In this document: positions 37,737-49,471 of the stretch, piece by piece
Layout of the letters: each line of letters starts with the position of its first letter
Numbering within the stretch: the first letter of the stretch is position 1
Assembly (NCBI GenBank): GCA_963545265.1
Contig: CAUUHY010000005.1
Coordinates: 53 to 64,052, forward strand
DNA from: an uncultured Eubacteriales bacterium
Lineage (GTDB): Bacteria; Bacillota_I; Bacilli_A; RF39; UBA660
DNA length: 64,000 nt
Direction: 5' to 3'
The notes under the pieces: generated by a model
Databases searched by the model: none
Seen by the model: the letters and a program-made list of their open reading frames with translations, nothing else
What the model was told of the DNA's origin: nothing
Made by a program: the position numbers and the translations under genes

Positions 37737-39071
37737 TTACAAACTATTTACTATATTTTTAAATTCTTCTCCACGTTCTTCAAACTTCTTATATTGATCC
37801 CAACTAGCTGCTGCTGGTGAAAGTAGAACTATTTCTACATCATAATCTTTTATATTTAACATAGCTTCTTTTAAAGTTTCAAAAACTATAACATTATAAT
37901 CAGATAATTCTTTTTTAACCCTATCTTTGTTTTCTCCAATTGCAAGTATAACTTTAACGTTTGTTAAATAAGGTATTAATTCTTTAAAATTTTGTCCTCT
38001 TTCATATCCACCTAATATTACTAAAGTATCTTGATCAAATGATTTAAGTGCTATTTGTGTTGATACTAAGTTAGTAGCTTTTGAATCATTATAATATTTT
38101 TTACCATCAAGTTCTCTTACAAACTCTAATCTATGTTCAACTCCTTTAAATTCTTTTACTACTTTATTTATTATTTCATCTTCAACACCATAATGTTTTG
38201 CAACAATTATTGCAGCCATTATATTTTGGTAATTATGCATTCCTTTTAAAATTATTTCTTTAGTATCAATAAGTTTATTTCCTTTATAATAAATAAATTC
38301 GTTTTCTATATAGCATAAATCATCTTTTGAATTAGAAAAATATACTTTATTTGATTTAATATCTTCAGTTAATTTTAAACTTTCTAAATCCATTTTATTT
38401 ATAACTGCTAAATTATCATTAGTATGATTTTTAAAAATTCTTTTCTTTAGTTCTTTATAATGTTCATAAGTTTTAAAAAATTCTAAATGTGCTTCTGATA
38501 TATTTGTTAAAACTGCTACTTCTGGATTAAATTTATCTAAATTTTCTAATTGTTGAGAAGATGTTTCCATAACAATAAAATCATCTTTTTTAAACTTATC
38601 TAAGAAACTAATTAAAGGATATCCCATATTTCCAGTTAAATGTACTCTGTCTTTATATTTTTCTTTTAATATTTCATAAATTATTGTCGTCGTTGTAGTT
38701 TTGCCATTAGTTCCAGTAATACCAATTAAATGAATATCTTTTCTCATAAGTCTTGCAGATACTTCTACTTCATTTAACACTTCTATATTTAATTTTTTAG
38801 CTTCTATTACATATTTATGATCTATAGGAACTCCAGGATTTTTAATTAAGTAATCAACATCTTTATTTATTAAATCATCTGGGTGATTTCCTAAAACTAT
38901 TTTAACTCCTAATTCTTCTAATTCTTTTATATGTTTTGCATCTTGATTTACATTTAAATCATTAATAGTTATCTTATTTTTTCTTTTAGCTAGATATTTT
39001 GCAACTTCATATCCACTTCTTGCCATACCAAGTATAACTATATTATTATTTTTAAACATTTTGTCTTTCAC
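37737..39071 (-). CDS. murD: UDP-N-acetylmuramoylalanine--D-glutamate ligase
   Basis: Mur ligase P-loop (GITGTNGKTTTT) and the Mur ligase middle and C-terminal domains. Confidence 0.85.
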   Translation of the reverse strand: MKDKMFKNNNIVILGMARSGYEVAKYLAKRKNKITINDLNVNQDAKHIKELEELGVKIVLGNHPDDLINKDVDYLIKNPGVPIDHKYVIEAKKLNIEVLNEVEVSARLMRKDIHLIGITGTNGKTTTTTIIYEILKEKYKDRVHLTGNMGYPLISFLDKFKKDDFIVMETSSQQLENLDKFNPEVAVLTNISEAHLEFFKTYEHYKELKKRIFKNHTNDNLAVINKMDLESLKLTEDIKSNKVYFSNSKDDLCYIENEFIYYKGNKLIDTKEIILKGMHNYQNIMAAIIVAKHYGVEDEIINKVVKEFKGVEHRLEFVRELDGKKYYNDSKATNLVSTQIALKSFDQDTLVILGGYERGQNFKELIPYLTNVKVILAIGENKDRVKKELSDYNVIVFETLKEAMLNIKDYDVEIVLLSPAAASWDQYKKFEERGEEFKNIVNSL

Positions 39072-39135
39072 CTCTATCCATATAAAACATTATACCATTA
39101 TTAATATTTTTTGTGTATAATATAAAATATGGAGA

Positions 39136-40380
39136 ATGTATATGAGAATAGGTGTAATAAGTCCAGAAAATTTCAATAATTATATTACAAATATTAATTA
39201 TGGAGATTATTTTCAAACAAATGAATATAAAATTTTTGCTGAAAAAAACAAATTAAAGACAAAATTAATTGGTTTTTTTGAAGGTGATGCATTAAAAGGT
39301 GTATGTTTAATACTTTATAAAAGAATTTTTTTTGGATATGCAAATGGCTTTGCTCCAAGAGGTTTAATTACCGATTATTCTGATATAGATACTTTAAACA
39401 AAATTCTTTCTATGTTTAACAAATATCTAGATTATGATAAATACATGACTTTTAAACTAGATCCTCCACTTATTGTTTTTAAAAGAAATAAAAAAGGAAA
39501 AGTAACAGATAAATTTGAACATTCAAAATCAGTACTAAACATTTTTAAAAAGCATGGATTTACTCATAGTGGATTCAATAAATATTTTGAAAATACTAAT
39601 CCTAGATTTGAAACATTATTAGAAATAAATACTAGTAAAGATATTTTATTTAATAAACTTAGAAAACAACTTAGAAATAAATTAAGAAAATCTATAAAAT
39701 ATGGACTTACAATATATAAAGATAATAAATATAATTTTGATAATTTTAAAAATATTTTAAATAATACTGATAAACCGATAGCATGGTATAAAAATTTTTA
39801 TTATGCTTTTAAAGAAAATTTGGAAATTTATTATGCTAAATTAAATACTGTAGATTATGTTGAAAACAGTAGAAAACTATATGAAAACGAACTTGAAAAA
39901 AATGATTATTTAACTAGCATTATTCAAACAAATGGATATAAAGGGAAAAATATGACTCTTATACTAAACCAAAAGATGCAATCTGATAAAATTTTAGCTG
40001 CATATAAATCATATATGGTAGAAGCTACAGAACTATTAAAAAACAATCCTGATGGTTTAATAGTTGGAGTTAGTATAATTCTTAAATTTAAAGATACAAT
40101 ATACTTAATTAAAGAAAGTTATGATAAAAAATATAAAAATTTATGCTCTAACTATTTAATAAAATGGAAAATTATCGAAAAATATTCTGACAATCCAAAA
40201 ATTAATTATTTCAATCTAGGCGCAATAAGTGGTGAATTTGATGTTGATAAAAATCAATATAGAGGATTAAATGAAATGAAACTATCTTATAACTCTAAAG
40301 TAATAGAATATATGGGAGAATTTTCTAAGATTGTCGCACCAAATATATATAAAATGTATATGACTTTTGGAAAAAAATAA
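39136..40380 (+). CDS. FemAB-family peptidoglycan interpeptide aminoacyltransferase (FemX/MurM-like)
   Basis: FemABX family architecture (~410 aa) with N-terminal conserved segments. It is the only substantial plus-strand gene in this stretch. Confidence 0.7.
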   Translation: MYMRIGVISPENFNNYITNINYGDYFQTNEYKIFAEKNKLKTKLIGFFEGDALKGVCLILYKRIFFGYANGFAPRGLITDYSDIDTLNKILSMFNKYLDYDKYMTFKLDPPLIVFKRNKKGKVTDKFEHSKSVLNIFKKHGFTHSGFNKYFENTNPRFETLLEINTSKDILFNKLRKQLRNKLRKSIKYGLTIYKDNKYNFDNFKNILNNTDKPIAWYKNFYYAFKENLEIYYAKLNTVDYVENSRKLYENELEKNDYLTSIIQTNGYKGKNMTLILNQKMQSDKILAAYKSYMVEATELLKNNPDGLIVGVSIILKFKDTIYLIKESYDKKYKNLCSNYLIKWKIIEKYSDNPKINYFNLGAISGEFDVDKNQYRGLNEMKLSYNSKVIEYMGEFSKIVAPNIYKMYMTFGKK

Positions 40381-40445
40381 CACTGTAAACTATACAAAAA
40401 AAGAGATTTATTTTAACCTCTTTTTTATTTTTATGTAACTTAAAA

Positions 40446-41240
40446 TCATTTTTTGCAGTTTAAAGTAACTAAAACTATATCTCGTGGATTATTTATTCTT
40501 ATTGACATTCTACTATCGCCAAGCGCTCTATTAACAACCATTTTAGTAAATGCTTTTTCATATACTCCAGAAGTATATTTAGGAAATATTCCTTGTCCTG
40601 GAGAATATAATCCTCCTATAAATGGTATCCTAAATTGTCCTCCATGAGCATGACCGGTAAAAACCAAATCAACTTTAGATTCTACATATTTTTCGAAAAG
40701 TTCTGGTCTATGAGATAATAAAATATTATATTTATTTTCTTTTCTCAAATCATTAATTACTCTAACTATATTTTTTTTATTATAAGAAATATCATTAATA
40801 CCAATCAAATTTATATATTTTTTATTTTGCTTTAAAAGAATGTTTTTATTTTCTAAAATTATTACTCCCAACTTATTAAGTAACTTTTTTAACTTAGAAA
40901 ATCTTTTATAATATATCTCGTGATTTCCAGTTACATAATATATTGGAGAAAGATTTTTAATCATATTTATCAATCTTGTTACATTCTCAAAGTTCTCATA
41001 GCTATCTATTAAATCACCAGTAATAACTATAATATTTGGTTTTAAATTTTTGATTTTTGTTACAGTTTTATTAATTAATCTATAATTACTATGAAAATCT
41101 GATATTTGAACTATTTTAAATTCATCAAAATCTTTTGGAATTTTATTGGAAACTATATTATATTTGCTAACTACCACTATATCATTAGTGATTAAAACGT
41201 ATATAAGAAATATAATTATAAGTATTAAAAAATATAACAT
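40446..41240 (-). CDS. membrane-anchored calcineurin-like metallophosphoesterase (YkuE-like)
   Basis: N-terminal TM plus GDLID, GNHE and GHAHGGQ metallophosphatase motifs. Confidence 0.7.
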   Translation of the reverse strand: MLYFLILIIIFLIYVLITNDIVVVSKYNIVSNKIPKDFDEFKIVQISDFHSNYRLINKTVTKIKNLKPNIIVITGDLIDSYENFENVTRLINMIKNLSPIYYVTGNHEIYYKRFSKLKKLLNKLGVIILENKNILLKQNKKYINLIGINDISYNKKNIVRVINDLRKENKYNILLSHRPELFEKYVESKVDLVFTGHAHGGQFRIPFIGGLYSPGQGIFPKYTSGVYEKAFTKMVVNRALGDSRMSIRINNPRDIVLVTLNCKK

Positions 41241-41279
41241 TTAAAATATAAAAAGAAGTATTTACTTCTTTTTTCCTTT

Positions 41280-41375
41280 ATATATTTTAGTTAGTATTAT
41301 AAATGATACTGAACATACTAAAATTATTCCAACTAATAAAACTGCATTATTTATAAAAAAATTAACTATTTTCAT
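41280..41375 (-). CDS. 31-aa hydrophobic small ORF ([31 protein letters not shown]) translationally coupled to prmC (ATGA overlap)
   Basis: Its ATG overlaps the prmC TGA. A hairpin with a U-run terminator follows at about 41251-41280. Confidence 0.3.
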
Positions 41376-42184
41376 AATTTTTCAAGCGGCTCTACAACCA
41401 CAATCCTTTCTCTATCATTATAATCATAGTATAAGTCAATTTTTATATTTTTTAAATATTTATTAATTGCTTTTTCTATTTTTGTATAATGACCATCTCC
41501 AATTTCTAAAAATATTATAAAATTATCATTTAAATAATATCTTATATTTTCAAAAATTTTCTCATATATTTCTACTCCATCTTTTGTATAAAGAGCTAAA
41601 TGTGGCTCATATTTATCAGTCTGATAACTTGCTTCTTGAATATCTAGATATGGAGGATTAGAAATAATTATGTCATATTTTTTTTCTAAGTTGTTAAACA
41701 AGTCACTATTTATTAAATTTACATCTAAAGCTAAATTATTCTTATTAATATTTGCTACTTCTAATGCTTCTTTTGATATATCAGATAAGTCTATATTTAA
41801 ATCATTAAACTTACTTTTTAAAGTTAAACCTATATTACCACTTCCACAACATAAATCTAATATATTTATCTTTTTATCTTCTAATTTTTCTATTCTTTCA
41901 ATTGCTTTTTCTACTAACAGTTCTGTTTCAAATCTAGGTATTAAAACTCTATTATCTACAAAAAAATTGAGACCATAAAATTCTTTTGAATTTAAAATAT
42001 AGTTAATTGGTTCACCTTTAATATATTTTTTAAAAAGTTTTTCTATTTTAGAATAATCAACATCTAAATCTAAATATTTCAAAACATCTAATTTGTTACA
42101 ATTTAAAAAAGAAGATATTAATAAATAAATATCATCTTTTGGTATTTTTTTTATATATTTTTTTATAATTTCATTAATCTTCAT
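41372..42184 (-). CDS. prmC: release factor glutamine N5-methyltransferase
   Basis: NPPY motif (IISNPPYL) and a SAM-binding [10 protein letters not shown] segment. It overlaps prfA. Confidence 0.85.
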   Translation of the reverse strand: MKINEIIKKYIKKIPKDDIYLLISSFLNCNKLDVLKYLDLDVDYSKIEKLFKKYIKGEPINYILNSKEFYGLNFFVDNRVLIPRFETELLVEKAIERIEKLEDKKINILDLCCGSGNIGLTLKSKFNDLNIDLSDISKEALEVANINKNNLALDVNLINSDLFNNLEKKYDIIISNPPYLDIQEASYQTDKYEPHLALYTKDGVEIYEKIFENIRYYLNDNFIIFLEIGDGHYTKIEKAINKYLKNIKIDLYYDYNDRERIVVVEPLEKL

Positions 42185-43235
42185 TAGATTCTAACTTTCT
42201 TTTTTCATCTTCATCTATTAGAGCTTGAATAATAGGAGCAAGTTCACCTTCCATAACTCTATCTAAATTCATATAAGAAAATCCTATTCTATGATCTGTT
42301 ACTCTGTTTTGTGGATAATTATATGTTCTTATCTTTTCACTTCTAGAACCAGTTCCTATTTTACTTCTTCTTTCATTACCAAGTTCTAGATCTCTTTTTT
42401 CTTGTTCTGCTTCATATATTCTAGCTTTTAATACTTTTAAAGCAGTTTCTTTATTTTGAATTTGGCTTCTTTCACTTTGACAAGTAACCACAATATTTGT
42501 TGGTATATGTGTAAGTCTTACTGCAGAATCTGTTGTATTTACTCCTTGTCCACCTTTTCCACTTGATCTATACACATCAACTCTTATATCTTCCATATTG
42601 ATATCTACTTCAATTTCTTCATTTTCTGGCATAACAAGTACTGTTGCAGTTGATGTATGCACTCTTCCTTGAGTTTCTGTCACTGGAATTCTTTGTACTC
42701 TATGTGCTCCACTTTCATATTTTAATTTGGAATATACATTTTTACCTTTTACTGCAAAAGATACATAAGTAAATCCACCTGTATCAGAACTATCTTCAGA
42801 TAAAATATTTACTTTAAAATTTTCTTTTTCACAATATTTAATATACATTCTAAAAAGATCACCTGCAAATATATTGGCTTCATCTCCTCCAGCTGCACCT
42901 CTTATTTCAATAATTACATTTTTAGAATCATTCTTATCTTTTGGTTTTAATTCTTCTTCAAAAATAGATATAAGTCTTTGTTTTTCTTCTTCTATATTTT
43001 TTAACTCTTCTTCAACTAAAGAAACCATATCTTTATCTTCTAGTAATAGTTTATTATTTTCTTCTTCTTTTAATAAATTTTTATATTCTTTATATGATTT
43101 AACAACTTCTTCTATATCACTAACTTCTTTTGACAATTCTGTCATTTTTTTAATATTAGAAACTATTTCAGGATTTGCTAAATCTTCTAATAATTTATTA
43201 TATTTTTCTTCTATTAAATCTAATCTTTCAAACAT
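42174..43235 (-). CDS. prfA: peptide chain release factor 1
   Basis: PxT-equivalent region and GGQ motif ([16 protein letters not shown]). Confidence 0.95.
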   Translation of the reverse strand: MFERLDLIEEKYNKLLEDLANPEIVSNIKKMTELSKEVSDIEEVVKSYKEYKNLLKEEENNKLLLEDKDMVSLVEEELKNIEEEKQRLISIFEEELKPKDKNDSKNVIIEIRGAAGGDEANIFAGDLFRMYIKYCEKENFKVNILSEDSSDTGGFTYVSFAVKGKNVYSKLKYESGAHRVQRIPVTETQGRVHTSTATVLVMPENEEIEVDINMEDIRVDVYRSSGKGGQGVNTTDSAVRLTHIPTNIVVTCQSERSQIQNKETALKVLKARIYEAEQEKRDLELGNERRSKIGTGSRSEKIRTYNYPQNRVTDHRIGFSYMNLDRVMEGELAPIIQALIDEDEKRKLESNED

Positions 43236-43237
43236 TA

Positions 43238-43693
43238 TTATTCTAATTCCATTTCATCTTCATCTACTACTACTAAACCATCTAACTCATCTAATGTATC
43301 ATCTTCATAATCTTCATCTTGATAAGAATCATCGTAATTATGTTTATGATCCATTTCATCTTCTGTTTCTTCCACTTCTTCGTCTTCTTTTATTTCTTCA
43401 TCATCAAATTCTTCATCTTCATCTATATTTTTCTTTTTTAGATCAGAAGTATATTTTTCACTTAAATCCCAATTTCCATCATCTAAAAGTACAAATTTTT
43501 TATCGTTATTAAGCATAGTATAATAATCTGCTATTTTTTCATCTAAATGAGAAGATGATAAACCTAATTTTTCTACTATTAAAGTTAATAATTCTAGAGT
43601 ATTTTTTTTTCCTTTATTTTCTAATATAAGACTTGTTAAATCTTTATATGATAATAATTCTGCATCTTCCTTTGTTAACTTATCAAATTTCAT
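43238..43693 (-). CDS. rpoE: DNA-directed RNA polymerase delta subunit
   Basis: HARE-HTH N-terminal domain ([29 protein letters not shown] resembles the RpoE ...RFISLGDNRWGLRSWY) followed by a long D/E-rich acidic tail. Confidence 0.75.
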   Translation of the reverse strand: MKFDKLTKEDAELLSYKDLTSLILENKGKKNTLELLTLIVEKLGLSSSHLDEKIADYYTMLNNDKKFVLLDDGNWDLSEKYTSDLKKKNIDEDEEFDDEEIKEDEEVEETEDEMDHKHNYDDSYQDEDYEDDTLDELDGLVVVDEDEMELE

Positions 43694-43812
43694 AATATTC
43701 TTCCTTTTTTCTTTCTATACTTTTATAACATTAATATAATTATATTTCAAGTAAATTTTTATCTTTATAAAAATTTAAAATAATGATAAAATTGTAACAT
43801 AGAGGTGAATAA

Positions 43813-44346
43813 ATGTTAATACTTACAATATTCATATTAATAATTGTATTATTATTAATAAAGAAAAAAAACAGTTTAAATATTTTAATTAATAAAAATG
43901 ATAATTTAAATAAAATAAATAATGATATTTCAAATTTAATAATAAAAAAAAGAGATTTATTATATGATATATGTAAAGAAATTAATAAATTAAATAACAA
44001 AGAAATGTTTACTAAATTAAATAAAATTAAAAATGAAGACGATAACTTTAATTTAGATAGATTATTAAATGGAATATATAAAGACTTAAAAGAATATTTA
44101 ATGATTAATAAAACTATAATTTTCGATGATAAAGTAAAAGAAAAAATTAAAAATTTATTTAATTTAGAAATTGAAATTGAAGCTGAAAAAACATATTATA
44201 ATAAAGAAGCAGAAGAATATAATAAATTATTTGAACCGATTGCAAATAAGAATAAAGCTAAAAAGAATAAACTAGATTATCATTTTATAAGAATACTAGA
44301 AAAAGAAGAATTATTTGAAATATTAAAAAAAAATACTAAAGACTAA
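43813..44346 (+). CDS. LemA-family-like membrane protein
   Basis: N-terminal TM helix, then a coiled-coil region with an RDLL-type segment as in LemA proteins. This is a weak call. Confidence 0.45.
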   Translation: MLILTIFILIIVLLLIKKKNSLNILINKNDNLNKINNDISNLIIKKRDLLYDICKEINKLNNKEMFTKLNKIKNEDDNFNLDRLLNGIYKDLKEYLMINKTIIFDDKVKEKIKNLFNLEIEIEAEKTYYNKEAEEYNKLFEPIANKNKAKKNKLDYHFIRILEKEELFEILKKNTKD

Positions 44347-44986
44347 AATCTATAGTATTTTTATTTTTTTCTTTTAAATAATTATTTGTTTTAGAAAATA
44401 TTTTTGATCCAAAAAATCCTCTATATACAGAAAAAGGAGATGGATGAGTTGTTTCAATAATTAAATGTTTCTTTTCATCTATTAAATTTTTTTTACTTTT
44501 TGCATAATTTCCAAGTAAAATAAAAACTATATTTTCTTTTTTTTCTGAAATTACTTTAATAACATAATCAGTAAATCTTTCCCAATTTAACATCTTATGT
44601 GATCCAGGTTTATCTTTTTCAACAGTAAGAACTGAATTTATTAAAAATACCCCTTGTCTAGCCCAATTATCTAATGAATTATTAGTTTTTTCTATATTTA
44701 AATCATTTTTTAATTCTAAAAATATATTTTTTAAAGATGGTGGTGTTTTTATATTATCTTCTACTGAAAAAGCAAGTCCAGTAGCTTCATTTTCACCATG
44801 ATATGGATCTTGTCCTATTATTACAACTTTAATTTTATTTATATCACATAATCTAAATGCTTTAAATATATCTTCATATTTAGGATATATAGTTTTTTCT
44901 TTATACTCTAATTTAACTTTTTTTATAAGATTTTTAAAATAATCACTTTCTAATTCTTCTTTTAAAAATTCATACCATGTATTCAT
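44336..44986 (-). CDS. ung: uracil-DNA glycosylase, family 1
   Basis: GQDPYHG water-activating motif and an HPSPFS-type loop. Confidence 0.9.
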   Translation of the reverse strand: MNTWYEFLKEELESDYFKNLIKKVKLEYKEKTIYPKYEDIFKAFRLCDINKIKVVIIGQDPYHGENEATGLAFSVEDNIKTPPSLKNIFLELKNDLNIEKTNNSLDNWARQGVFLINSVLTVEKDKPGSHKMLNWERFTDYVIKVISEKKENIVFILLGNYAKSKKNLIDEKKHLIIETTHPSPFSVYRGFFGSKIFSKTNNYLKEKNKNTIDFSL

Positions 44987-45432
44987 TTGTGATACCTTTC
45001 ATTGTTTAATATTTTAAAACTTCTATAAACTTGTTCTAATAACATTAATCTAAATAATTGATGTGGAAAAGTTAAACTTGAAAAACTAAGAACCATATTA
45101 CACTTATCTAATATAGATTTATCAAGACCTAAAGATCCTCCTATAAATAAATTTATATTTGGATAAGCAATAAATGTTTTATCTATTAATTTAGAAAATT
45201 CTATGCTACTTATATTTTTTCCTAATCTATCAAGTGCAATATTATAACTTTTATTATCTAAATAATTTAATATTTCTTTAGATTCTTTTTTCATTTCATC
45301 ATAATTTTCATTTTCATCTTTTAATTCAATTATTTGAATAGACATATATTTAGATATTCTTTTATAATAATCTTCTATAAGATTTTGTAAATTTTTATCT
45401 TTTACTTTACCAATACATATTATCTTAATCAT
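44983..45432 (-). CDS. rlmH: 23S rRNA (pseudouridine1915-N3)-methyltransferase RlmH
   Basis: SPOUT-family RlmH sequence (~150 aa) in the conserved position after the walJ-like gene. Confidence 0.85.
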   Translation of the reverse strand: MIKIICIGKVKDKNLQNLIEDYYKRISKYMSIQIIELKDENENYDEMKKESKEILNYLDNKSYNIALDRLGKNISSIEFSKLIDKTFIAYPNINLFIGGSLGLDKSILDKCNMVLSFSSLTFPHQLFRLMLLEQVYRSFKILNNERYHK

Positions 45433-46138
45433 AAATTATTACCTCTTCTTCACTTATTATAGAAACGTTAAAATTAAGATTTTCGTTCATAATTTTCATA
45501 CATAGTTCATTTGTGTTATTATGTTCACTTAAGTGTATTAGTAATACTTTTTTTGTATTTTTACCAACTACATTTGACAAAAATTTACTAGTCTGATAAT
45601 TAGATAAATGACCTGTATCAGATATAATTCTTTGAATTAAGTAATATGGATATTTACTATTCATAAGCATTTTATCATCATAATTAGATTCAACTAAATA
45701 AACAGTTTTGTTTCCTAATAATTGATAATATTTACTAGGAATATACCCAGTATCAGTGATATAAACAAGTTCGTTCATACCATTTTTAATAATTATTCCA
45801 TAATTTTCAACATCATGAGATAATTCAAAAAAAGTAAAAGAGATATCTTCAAAAGTGTTTATACTTTCATCTACAAAATTCAAATTATAATTGTTTTGAA
45901 GATACTCATTTGTTTTACCTTTAGCAATTATTGGTACATCATATTTCATAGATTTTAATCCAAAAATATGATCGTTATGAATATGTGTTATAAATATTGC
46001 TTTAATATCTTTTATATCTACATATTTTTTTATTTTTGACATACTTACTCCAAAATCTAGTAAGTAATTATTATTTTCTTCTGTTGTAATTAAATAACTA
46101 TTTCCTTTCGAACCACTTGATATCATTTGAATTTTCAT
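45425..46138 (-). CDS. MBL-fold metallo-hydrolase (YycJ/WalJ-like)
   Basis: HxHxDH motif (THIHNDHIFG). Confidence 0.7.
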   Translation of the reverse strand: MKIQMISSGSKGNSYLITTEENNNYLLDFGVSMSKIKKYVDIKDIKAIFITHIHNDHIFGLKSMKYDVPIIAKGKTNEYLQNNYNLNFVDESINTFEDISFTFFELSHDVENYGIIIKNGMNELVYITDTGYIPSKYYQLLGNKTVYLVESNYDDKMLMNSKYPYYLIQRIISDTGHLSNYQTSKFLSNVVGKNTKKVLLIHLSEHNNTNELCMKIMNENLNFNVSIISEEEVIIYD

Positions 46139-47679
46139 CTTCTAAATAATACTAAAGGATTAGTATTTCCTCCCGATGCATAACCTTGTGTATAAGGTTT
46201 AACTGTAGTTAATCCAAAGTGTAAATGTTCTCCAAATGAACATCCACTATTACCCATATAACCAATTAATTGTCCTCTAACAACAGTTTGTCCTTCTTTA
46301 ACTAAAATACCTGGTCTCATATGTAAATATGTAGTGTAATATCCATTATTATGATTTATATATACGTGATTACCTGTCATACCTTTACTATAACAATTAT
46401 GATAGTTTACTGGATATCCATCTGCAGTAGATACAACTACACCATTATTTGCGGCATAAATTGGTGTTCCACTTGATCCTGGAACAGTTATATCAATACC
46501 TTCATGATAATTAGATTGTCCAAATAGTGTTCTCCAACCATGATATGAACTTATATGATATGGTTGAACAGTAGGCCAAGACCATATTCCAATATCTCCA
46601 GTTTTAGATACATATTTGCTACCTAAAATAGTTATCTTAGATTTACTTGGTTTTATTGTTTCAATAGAAATTTTAGTTACTGATCCAACTTTATCATTAA
46701 AATATTTATATCTATAAGTTGTTTTAGCTAAACCGTTTTCACCTTCTTGCTTTATTTCTTTATAATTTTGACCTTTTGACTGATCATACTGAACTATATC
46801 TTCATATTTGTTTTCAAATAAACTAGTCTTAGTTATTTCTTTTTCAACAATTAAAGATGGATTAATTAGCGAGACATTAACTTTTTGACCAGGATATAAT
46901 AATTCATTTTCGCTTTTTATTTCTGGATTAACCATTAAAAATTCTTTTACAGAAATTTTGGATTTTTCTGCTATTTTAGCAATACTTTCACCTTCTTGTA
47001 CTATATATTCTTTCTTTTCAGAATTGTTACCAAATAACAAATATCTACTTAATTCTTTCGAATCAATAAATATATTCTTATCAGTAGATACATTTATTGG
47101 TTTTATTGTTATAGTATTTAAAAGTTTTATTTTATTTATACTTGTATCTTTATCTAATTTTATAAATTTATTATTCTCAAAATAAAATTCATATTCTTCA
47201 TTAGAAACAAAAATTTTAATAAAATTATTTATAGCAGCATTTAAAACGTTTTTGTCTAAAATATAAAATTTACTTTCTTTTATAGTTTCTTTTACTTCTG
47301 AAGTTTGATATTCAACAGATCCTATTGTTACTTCATAACCTTTTATTGTTAATTTAGAATTACTATCTTCTATTTGTTTATATATTTCTTCTGCCGTTTG
47401 ATATTCAACATCTTTTACATATATTTCTTCTAAATTAACATTTGATGGTAAATAAACTTTATCAACTTTATATTTTTCTTTTATATTATCTGAAATGTTT
47501 AAATTAGTAACATAATTTTCTAATTCCTTTTTATCTTTAATATATCCAATATCTTTACCATCTATATATACTTTATATGCTAAATTATAAGTATCTCTTT
47601 TTTTATTATTTATAAATGAAAAAGATAAACTTAAAAGAAATGCTAAAATTATAATAAAAAATAACCTAATTTGTTTCAT
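46135..47679 (-). CDS. M23 family metallopeptidase with a LysM domain
   Basis: Signal/TM N-terminus, LysM (YIVQEGESIAKIAEK...), and M23 motifs (HEGIDI ... GNSGCSFGEHLHF). Confidence 0.7.
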   Translation of the reverse strand: MKQIRLFFIIILAFLLSLSFSFINNKKRDTYNLAYKVYIDGKDIGYIKDKKELENYVTNLNISDNIKEKYKVDKVYLPSNVNLEEIYVKDVEYQTAEEIYKQIEDSNSKLTIKGYEVTIGSVEYQTSEVKETIKESKFYILDKNVLNAAINNFIKIFVSNEEYEFYFENNKFIKLDKDTSINKIKLLNTITIKPINVSTDKNIFIDSKELSRYLLFGNNSEKKEYIVQEGESIAKIAEKSKISVKEFLMVNPEIKSENELLYPGQKVNVSLINPSLIVEKEITKTSLFENKYEDIVQYDQSKGQNYKEIKQEGENGLAKTTYRYKYFNDKVGSVTKISIETIKPSKSKITILGSKYVSKTGDIGIWSWPTVQPYHISSYHGWRTLFGQSNYHEGIDITVPGSSGTPIYAANNGVVVSTADGYPVNYHNCYSKGMTGNHVYINHNNGYYTTYLHMRPGILVKEGQTVVRGQLIGYMGNSGCSFGEHLHFGLTTVKPYTQGYASGGNTNPLVLFRR

Positions 47680-49018
47680 TTATTTCTTTTCCTTTATTAA
47701 GCAGTCTTGATAGATTTTTATTATATAAAAGTTCTATTTTTCTACCAGCTACTCCATTTCTATTTTTTTCAAGATTAAATTCCATAATAGTTGTATTATT
47801 ATCTATTGCTTTTGTCTTATCTACATAATCTTCTCTATATAATAATACTATTATATCAGCATCTTGCTCTATTTGCCCAGATTCTCTTAATTCATTCATT
47901 GTGGGTCTTTGATCACCTTTTTTTTGCTCTATTGGTCTTCTAAGTTGAGCTAAAGCTATAATTGGAACTTTAAGTTCTAATGCAAGTTGTTTTAAAGATC
48001 TAGATATATCAGCTACTTCTTGTTGTCTATTTCCTTGATAATTTTTATTTGAAGTTAAAATCTGTAAGTAGTCAATTATTATTACGTCTAAACCATCTTC
48101 GCTACTAGCTAATTTTCTACACTTAGACTTAAGCTCTCCTATAGATAAACTAGGAGTATCATCAAAATATATTTTAGAATTACTAAGTTCTGCTGTTGCT
48201 TTGGTAAATTTATTCCAATCTGACTCATTAAAATATCCAGTTTGAAGTTTATGTTGATCTATTCCTCCAACACTTGCAATCATTCTATTTATTAATTGTT
48301 CTGCTCCCATTTCTAGGTTAAATAAAGCTACTGTTTTTTTAGAATTTATAGATATATTTGTTGCTAAATTAGTTGCAACGACTGTTTTTCCAATACCGGG
48401 TCTACCTGCTACTATAATAAGTTGACCTTCTTTTAAACCAGTTGTATATTTATCAAAATCTAAAAATCCAGTTGATATTCCAGTTACTTCATTTTTATTT
48501 TTTGTTAAAAAATTTATATTTTCTTCTGCTTTTTTTAATACTTCTGTTACATTTTTAAAATCTTTTGATCTTCTATTTCTAGCAATATTTAAAATTTTAC
48601 TTTCAGATTCATCTAATATATCTTCTATTTTTTTATCTGGAGTAAAAGCTAAATCTTTTATTTGTCCAGTAACATCTATTAATTTTCTTAAAATTCTAGC
48701 TTCTTCTATATCTTTTATATAATAATCTATATTACTAGCACTAGGAACTATAGATAAAATATTAGATATGTAAGATACTCCGCCAATTTTATCTAGAATT
48801 TTTTTATCTTTTAATCTAGAAGTTAAAGTTATTATATCTATAGGAATTTTTTCTGAATACATAGATTTTATAGCTTCAAAAATTATTTTATTTTTTTCAT
48901 CATAAAAAGAATCATGTGTTAATAAATCACATGACTTTGCTAATGCTTCTTGATCTAAAAACATTGCACCTAAGACTGATTTTTCCGAATCTATTTTATT
49001 AGGAATATTTATATTCAT
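47666..49018 (-). CDS. dnaB: replicative DNA helicase
   Basis: DnaB N-terminal domain and RecA-like domain with Walker A GRPGIGKT and arginine finger. Confidence 0.9.
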   Translation of the reverse strand: MNINIPNKIDSEKSVLGAMFLDQEALAKSCDLLTHDSFYDEKNKIIFEAIKSMYSEKIPIDIITLTSRLKDKKILDKIGGVSYISNILSIVPSASNIDYYIKDIEEARILRKLIDVTGQIKDLAFTPDKKIEDILDESESKILNIARNRRSKDFKNVTEVLKKAEENINFLTKNKNEVTGISTGFLDFDKYTTGLKEGQLIIVAGRPGIGKTVVATNLATNISINSKKTVALFNLEMGAEQLINRMIASVGGIDQHKLQTGYFNESDWNKFTKATAELSNSKIYFDDTPSLSIGELKSKCRKLASSEDGLDVIIIDYLQILTSNKNYQGNRQQEVADISRSLKQLALELKVPIIALAQLRRPIEQKKGDQRPTMNELRESGQIEQDADIIVLLYREDYVDKTKAIDNNTTIMEFNLEKNRNGVAGRKIELLYNKNLSRLLNKGKEINETN

Positions 49019-49019
49019 A

Positions 49020-49463
49020 TTATTCTCTTTCTAATCTTACTATAATTTTTAATATTACATCTTTTGTTAAAGTAATATTAACAAAATGATTACCTAATGT
49101 ACTTATTGGATGATCTATTAATATTTGTGTTTTATCTACATCTAATCCAATATTTTTTAATCCTTCTTTTATTTGTTTTACCGAAATACTTCCAAATACT
49201 CTAGAGTCTTCACTAACTTTAACTTTAAAACTTAAAACTTTTTCTTGATATTTTTCTTTTAAGATTAATGCTTCTTTATTTTCTAAAGCCTGTTTTTCTT
49301 TTAAGTCTTTTAAATTTTTTAGATATATTTTATAATTTTCTTCAGTCTTTTTTAATGCATATCCTTTTTTTATTAAAAAATTTTCTGCATATCCTGGAAC
49401 TACATTTTTTATTTCTCCTTCTTTACCTTGACCTTTTAAAGTTTTTATAAATATTACTTCCAT
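49020..49463 (-). CDS. rplI: 50S ribosomal protein L9
   Basis: [21 protein letters not shown]... is a typical L9 N-terminus. Confidence 0.9.
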   Translation of the reverse strand: MEVIFIKTLKGQGKEGEIKNVVPGYAENFLIKKGYALKKTEENYKIYLKNLKDLKEKQALENKEALILKEKYQEKVLSFKVKVSEDSRVFGSISVKQIKEGLKNIGLDVDKTQILIDHPISTLGNHFVNITLTKDVILKIIVRLERE

Positions 49464-49471
49464 ATTACCTC

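Noticed and set aside
43740-44000. 86-aa minus-strand ORF overlapping the lemA-like gene and the rpoE-lemA divergent promoter region
   Set aside because: It is low-complexity and overlaps a better-supported plus-strand gene and intergenic promoters.
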